Sequence record: DRR723986_51470
DNA length: 42,123 nt
Strand: one strand, 5' to 3'
This document shows positions 37,212-42,123 of this stretch, piece after piece; position 1 is the first letter of the stretch, and each line of letters starts with the position of its first letter. Under the pieces are notes generated by a model. It did no database searches, had not been told where the DNA came from, and was given only the letters and a program-made list of their open reading frames with translations. Both the position numbers and the translations under genes were made by a program.

Positions 37212-39040
37212 TGAGATATTTAACGATTTGGATATTATTATTTACTGCAGGAATCGGTTTTTCACAACCGGATAATGCCGTAACAAAAATTGTAGATGGT
37301 AAAACATTTTACGTGCATACTGTCGAACAAGGCAATACATTGTACGGAATACAGCAGTTGTATAAAGTTGAAATGTCAGAAATTCTGAATGCCAACCCTG
37401 ATATTTCAGATAATTTGGCGATCGGACAACAAATATTGATTCCAACTGAAAAAAATAGTGCTGTTGAATCTAATGGGCATACGGTTGAAGCAGGAGAAAC
37501 GCTGTATGGAATTTCAAAAAAATACAAATGTTCAATTGATGATTTGAAAAAATTAAATCCTGGAATCGAACAAGGAATTCAAATCGGACAAGTCATTAAA
37601 ATTCCAGGGACTGTTCAGACAGGTGAAGTAATTCAAAATGATCCTGAACCAGAAATTGTTCAGCCTTCATATAAAATTTCATACCAAGATTCTATTGTGA
37701 ATCACACCGTGTTGAGTCATGAGACATTATACTCTATATCAAAAAGATATATGGTGAGTTCTGATACGATCAGGGCCTTGAACAATATTAAAGGCAACAA
37801 AGTGAAAAAGGGAGATGTGCTAGTAATCCCTGTTAAGAAAGTAAATTATAAAGTTTTAGAAAAGCAGATTGTTCCAATCCAAAAAGATACGTCAATAGTT
37901 GGGGTGCAAATACTGAAAAAAGACGTCTATAACGTGGCAGTTTTGTTGCCATTTATGTTTGCCCAAAATGACATAGAAATGTCAAAAACAATAAAATTAG
38001 GTCAACACAGAGAGATGTATCCAACGTCAAAAATTGCTTTTGAGTTTTATCAAGGTTTTAAGTTTGCGGTAGATTCCCTTAAAAAAGCAGGATTAAGTTT
38101 GAATATCTACGTTTATGATACCAAAAAAGATACTGCAACTATAAATGATATTCTATCAAAAGGAGAGTTTAACGATATGGATATAGTATTTGGCCCATTG
38201 TACCCTAAAACAATAAAACATACTGCACAAAAATGTGCAGAAAGAAATATTAAGATCGTACTTCCTTTTAAAACTGATCCGTCAGTGCTACATGAGAATA
38301 AAAATACTTTTAAAGCAGTAACGTCAAACATGACACTTATTGACGGAACAGTAGATTATTTAATTGAAAAACACAGTCATCACAATATTGTCATCCTGAA
38401 ACCTTATCAAGAATCTGATAAAGCACTTTACGAAAGGGCTAGAGATCGATTTAATTCAGGAGTGAAAACAGGAGCCTACAATAGTAAAATTGTAGAGCTT
38501 AGTCTAGGAAGTTCCAGTGGTAGAGATATGAATGCGATATTTAAAAAAGACACGGTGAACATGGTAATTATTCCTTCAAATGACGTGAAGTTTGTTACCG
38601 GCGCATTGAATCGTTTAAACAAAGTCTTAAACATGAATCCCTACGCTAAAAACATGAAGATTGTTGCGGTTGGTTTTGAAGATTGGAATAAGTTTGACGA
38701 TATTGATGTTCTTCACCGGAATCGTTTAAATCAACACTTCTCAACGTATCGATATGTAGATTATAATTCTGCTGAGGGATTAAACTTTGTGAAGCCTTTC
38801 CGGGCAACTACCGGTGTGGATCCAACAGTTTATTCTTCGCAAGGATTTGATGTGGCAATGTACTTCTTAAGTGCAATTCATTTGTACGGCATTAATTTCG
38901 AACCGGCTCTTGATTTTCATTATCCTCATCTTGTTCAAAACGATTTTAAATTCAAGCGTATAGCGGAAGGGTCTGGTTTTGAAAATGTTAGCTCGCGTAT
39001 GATTAAGTACGAAAATTTTGAGTTAATTATTTGTGAGTAA
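37208..39040 (+). CDS. Triple-LysM protein with C-terminal periplasmic-binding-protein-like domain
   Basis: [36 protein letters not shown]; then VAVLLPF, EFYQG, VYDT, FGPLY; ATGA overlap with guaA stop. Confidence 0.88.
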   Translation: MMRYLTIWILLFTAGIGFSQPDNAVTKIVDGKTFYVHTVEQGNTLYGIQQLYKVEMSEILNANPDISDNLAIGQQILIPTEKNSAVESNGHTVEAGETLYGISKKYKCSIDDLKKLNPGIEQGIQIGQVIKIPGTVQTGEVIQNDPEPEIVQPSYKISYQDSIVNHTVLSHETLYSISKRYMVSSDTIRALNNIKGNKVKKGDVLVIPVKKVNYKVLEKQIVPIQKDTSIVGVQILKKDVYNVAVLLPFMFAQNDIEMSKTIKLGQHREMYPTSKIAFEFYQGFKFAVDSLKKAGLSLNIYVYDTKKDTATINDILSKGEFNDMDIVFGPLYPKTIKHTAQKCAERNIKIVLPFKTDPSVLHENKNTFKAVTSNMTLIDGTVDYLIEKHSHHNIVILKPYQESDKALYERARDRFNSGVKTGAYNSKIVELSLGSSSGRDMNAIFKKDTVNMVIIPSNDVKFVTGALNRLNKVLNMNPYAKNMKIVAVGFEDWNKFDDIDVLHRNRLNQHFSTYRYVDYNSAEGLNFVKPFRATTGVDPTVYSSQGFDVAMYFLSAIHLYGINFEPALDFHYPHLVQNDFKFKRIAEGSGFENVSSRMIKYENFELIICE

Positions 39041-39299
39041 GACCTGTTTGTTTTTTAACAAACTGTGTTTATTGCTTTTTTATCTTTTTTCTAAAATATT
39101 TATTTTTTTTCAAACGAATTAGTTAGTTCAAATTGATGATGTATCTATACTTTTTGTAGACGAAATAGCTTTATCTTTCGACTAAACTAGATACTAACAA
39201 TTTTTTTTTGTGTTGTTGAAAAAAGTATTATTTGATTAACACAACCCTGCCAACCCTGTTAAGTTTTAAACGTCTATCTTGTAGGTATACTTATAGACT

Positions 39300-39686
39300 A
39301 TGAAAAACATTTCCGCAGGCTCAAACCTGGGCTTTCTTATCAATGGTGTAAAAATGGTTGCACTCTTGGTTTTCTTAATGTCCTCAAACATTGGGATGAC
39401 GCAAACTAATCAAAACGACTTAGAAATTGTTGACAGCCAAATTCAAGCTTTTAGAATTAAAATCGAACATGTCAAATCTATTCCGAGTGAAAACACAGAG
39501 GCTTTAGAAAGTGGATGGTATGTTGAAATGAGAGAAGAATTGGGAAAACTTTTCGATAAAAAAAGAAATATCATATTCGAGCAAACAGGTAAAAAATGGG
39601 TTGCTAAAGAGGAGTTTGAAGAAGTTCTTGAGAAAAAAAAGCCGTTGTTATTAAATGACAGCAACTACATAATTGAGCAAAACTAA
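39300..39686 (+). CDS. Small exported helical hypothetical protein
   Basis: Hydrophobic segment then a helical region ...KIEHVKS...GWYVEM; 4 nt from the next ATG. Confidence 0.7.
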   Translation: MKNISAGSNLGFLINGVKMVALLVFLMSSNIGMTQTNQNDLEIVDSQIQAFRIKIEHVKSIPSENTEALESGWYVEMREELGKLFDKKRNIIFEQTGKKWVAKEEFEEVLEKKKPLLLNDSNYIIEQN

Positions 39687-39690
39687 AGGG

Positions 39691-42123
39691 ATGAATTTAA
39701 AAACATTAAAGATGAGTACTGTCCTTCGTTTTGTAATGATATCATTACTGTCGACTATAGGTTTTTACGGTTCTGCACAAAATTATAATATGTCTAATAC
39801 AACCATTAATGGATGTAATGGTACTTTTTATGATTCGGGTGGAGCAGGTGGTAATTATGCCAATAGTCAAACGCTAACAATGACTTTTTGTTCAGATCAA
39901 CCAGGTGATGAACTGCAGTTTGTGTTTACTCAATTTAACTTAGAGGCTTGTTGTGATGACCTTACAATTTATGATGGTCCGAATACTGCCAGTCCACAGG
40001 TTCCAGGTTCCCCTTTTGGAGGAACCTCTCCAGGAACGGTGGTGTCAACAAGTGGATGTTTGACCTTCGTTTTTTCATCTGACTTTAGTGTTACTGACCT
40101 GGGTTGGGAAGCTACAATTTCTTGTTTTACTCCAGCCCCACCGAGTTGTGTTGACGGAATTCAAAATCAGGGTGAGGTCGGCGTTGACTGCGGTGGACCT
40201 TGTCCAATGTGTACAGATTTTACTATTGATAACGGTGGTACAGTTAGCCAATGTTCAGGAAATTTTTACGATTCAGGAGGGGCTGCTGGCAATTATGGTA
40301 ACGGCCAAACTTTTACAATGACATTTTGTTCGGATCAACCGGGTGATGAAATTCTGTTCGTATTTTCTCAATTTAATCTTGAAACATGTTGTGATGCATT
40401 AGCAATTTATGATGGACCTTCGACAGCTTCTCCTCAAGTTGCTGGCAGTCCCTTTGCAGCTACTTCACCTGGAACTGTGAGCTCATCAAATGGTTGCTTG
40501 ACCTTTGAATTTACTTCTGACGGAAGTGTGAATTTTGCTGGATGGGAAGCTGCTTTTTCGTGTTATACGCCTTCATGTTCTGACGGAATACAAAATCAGG
40601 GAGAGACAGGTATAGACTGTGGAGGCCCTTGTGTTAACCCATGTCCAGAGCCAAATGATGATTGTGGAAATCTAGATCCGCTCTGTACTGATTCAGGTTT
40701 GAATTTTACAGCGAATGACGGGGGGGTTAATGCTAACGTTGCTGATCCAGGAAATGATTACGGTTGTTTGATTTCGCAACCAAACCCAAGTTGGTTCTAC
40801 ATAGAAGTAGCAACTAGTGGAAATATTGACATGAGTCTAACTGCCGGTTCAGATGTAGATTTTATTATTTACGGACCTTTCACGGACCTCGCCACTGCCC
40901 AAGCCAATTGTGGAAATTATGGCAATATTCCAGCGGGAAATGAGGTGGATTGTAGTTTCTCTATTTCAGCATCCGAAACTCCGAGTATACCCGGAGCTGT
41001 AGCTGGAGAGGTGTATGTGATGTTGATAACGAATTTCGCTAATGTAGTACAAAATATTACCCTAACACAAACAGGAGGTACGGGCTCCACAGATTGCACG
41101 ATTTTGCAACCATGTTCCGCAGACGCAGGGGTCGATCAGGTGTATTGTTCCGGTGGACCGGCAGTTACGATAGGTGCAGACCCGGTTACTCCAGATGAAA
41201 ATGATGACTATTCATGGGATAATGGAGCCGGAAACGGAACGATTGATTTAACCGGTGGAGTTCAGGATAATGGACAGGTGAATGTCAGTCCAGCAGTTAC
41301 AACTACCTACACGGTTACCGTTACAAATACTGACGGATGTATTGCAACTGATGATGTGACTGTAACAGTTGATAATCCCCCAACAGCGTCTAATCCAGCT
41401 AATATTACAGTTCAGTGTTCAGCTGATGTCCCAGCTCCAAATGTCAATGTGGTAACAGATGAGGCAGATGATTTTACTATTCCTCCGGTTGTAACGTTAC
41501 AATCAAATACTTCTGATGGAAACACCTGTCCTGAAGTTATAACAAGAGTCTATAGAGTAACGGATGGCTGCGGAAATTTTGTTGACGTATCGCACACAAT
41601 TACTGTAGATGATACTCAAAACCCTGTTTTTGCTGCTGCTCCAGCTGCAGTAACGGTAGATTGTATTGGAAACGTTCCAGCAATGACCAACTTGGCTTGG
41701 ACCGATAATTGTGATGGGGCAGGAAATGTTGCCGGAACAGATGGGGCTTTAGTAGGTGGAGCATGCGGAGGAACGATTACGAGAACATGGACTTATACAG
41801 ATGCTTGTGGAAATCCGGCAACGGCGACTCAAATAATTACCGTTGATGATAATGTAGCACCTGTTTTTGCTGCCCCTCCAGCTGCGGTAACAGTTGATTG
41901 TATTGGTAATGTTCCAGCAATGACCAACTTGGCTTGGACTGACAATTGTGATGGAGCAGGTAACGTAACAGGTACAGATGGAGCCTTAGTAGGTGGAGCA
42001 TGTGGAGGTACTATAACAAGAACTTGGACGTATACAGACGTATGTGGAAACCCTGCCACGGCGACACAGGTTATTACTGTTGATGATAATGTGGCTCCAG
42101 TTTTCGCAGCAGCACCGGCTAAT
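39691..42123 (+). CDS. Large exported CUB-domain / Cys-rich / HYR-like repeat surface protein, 3' truncated (absent from ORF track)
   Basis: Manually read frame open for 811 codons to the window end: signal peptide, 2x CUB-like (FYDSGG..NY..TMTFC..E.CCD.L.IYDG..FxSD.SV...GWEA), 2x CxDGIQNQGExGxDCGGPC, Ig-like segment, 79-aa repeats. Confidence 0.9.
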   Translation, partial: MNLKTLKMSTVLRFVMISLLSTIGFYGSAQNYNMSNTTINGCNGTFYDSGGAGGNYANSQTLTMTFCSDQPGDELQFVFTQFNLEACCDDLTIYDGPNTASPQVPGSPFGGTSPGTVVSTSGCLTFVFSSDFSVTDLGWEATISCFTPAPPSCVDGIQNQGEVGVDCGGPCPMCTDFTIDNGGTVSQCSGNFYDSGGAAGNYGNGQTFTMTFCSDQPGDEILFVFSQFNLETCCDALAIYDGPSTASPQVAGSPFAATSPGTVSSSNGCLTFEFTSDGSVNFAGWEAAFSCYTPSCSDGIQNQGETGIDCGGPCVNPCPEPNDDCGNLDPLCTDSGLNFTANDGGVNANVADPGNDYGCLISQPNPSWFYIEVATSGNIDMSLTAGSDVDFIIYGPFTDLATAQANCGNYGNIPAGNEVDCSFSISASETPSIPGAVAGEVYVMLITNFANVVQNITLTQTGGTGSTDCTILQPCSADAGVDQVYCSGGPAVTIGADPVTPDENDDYSWDNGAGNGTIDLTGGVQDNGQVNVSPAVTTTYTVTVTNTDGCIATDDVTVTVDNPPTASNPANITVQCSADVPAPNVNVVTDEADDFTIPPVVTLQSNTSDGNTCPEVITRVYRVTDGCGNFVDVSHTITVDDTQNPVFAAAPAAVTVDCIGNVPAMTNLAWTDNCDGAGNVAGTDGALVGGACGGTITRTWTYTDACGNPATATQIITVDDNVAPVFAAPPAAVTVDCIGNVPAMTNLAWTDNCDGAGNVTGTDGALVGGACGGTITRTWTYTDVCGNPATATQVITVDDNVAPVFAAAPAN
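41623..42123 (+). repeat. 237-bp tandem coding repeats (79 aa, HYR-like)
   Basis: Units start at 41623, 41860 and 42097: PVFAA.PAAVTVDCIGNVPAMTNLAWTDNCDG...TRTWTYTD.CGN. Confidence 0.92.

Noticed and set aside
1895-42059. Short ORF-track entries nested in or antisense to long genes (e.g. 11013-11324, 19053-19508, 26042-26428, 29199-29531, 41829-42059)
   Set aside because: Shadow frames of well-supported genes with no recognisable motifs
41623-42123. CRISPR array or DGR template/variable repeat
   Set aside because: Repeats are contiguous in-frame coding units without spacers; differences are mostly synonymous rather than adenine-specific; no RT or cas gene in the window

Overview
AT-rich, densely coding chromosomal segment of a Bacteroidota bacterium, most likely Flavobacteriales (inferred from the fused CcoN-O, TAnnTTTG -7 promoter elements, guaA-LysM linkage and a CUB-domain surface protein). 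Housekeeping genes (comEC, dnaN, dnaK, dinB, queD, guaA) flank a ~17 kb low-oxygen module: hemN, two tandem-domain Usp genes, a FixL-like PAS kinase coupled to a receiver-Crp/Fnr fusion regulator, a CcoI/FixI ATPase and the ccoS-NO-Q-P-G-H operon with a DsbD_2/TauE-like gene. Most notable: (1) that kinase/REC-Crp pair plus a TGA-N6-TCA operator at fixed 22/30/52-nt offsets from -7 elements at four promoters, mirror-symmetric between ccoS and usp; (2) an A9/A_AAA_AAG slippery site right before a stop, whose -1 frame adds a 58-aa Lys-rich tail that fills the gap to comEC; (3) a >811-aa CUB/Cys-rich/HYR-like repeat protein and ccoQ, both missing from the ORF track; (4) a sigma54-like dnaK promoter; (5) tandem unknown exported paralogs; (6) a small membrane gene split by an in-frame TGA. 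No rRNA, tRNA, CRISPR array, prophage or transposase was seen.
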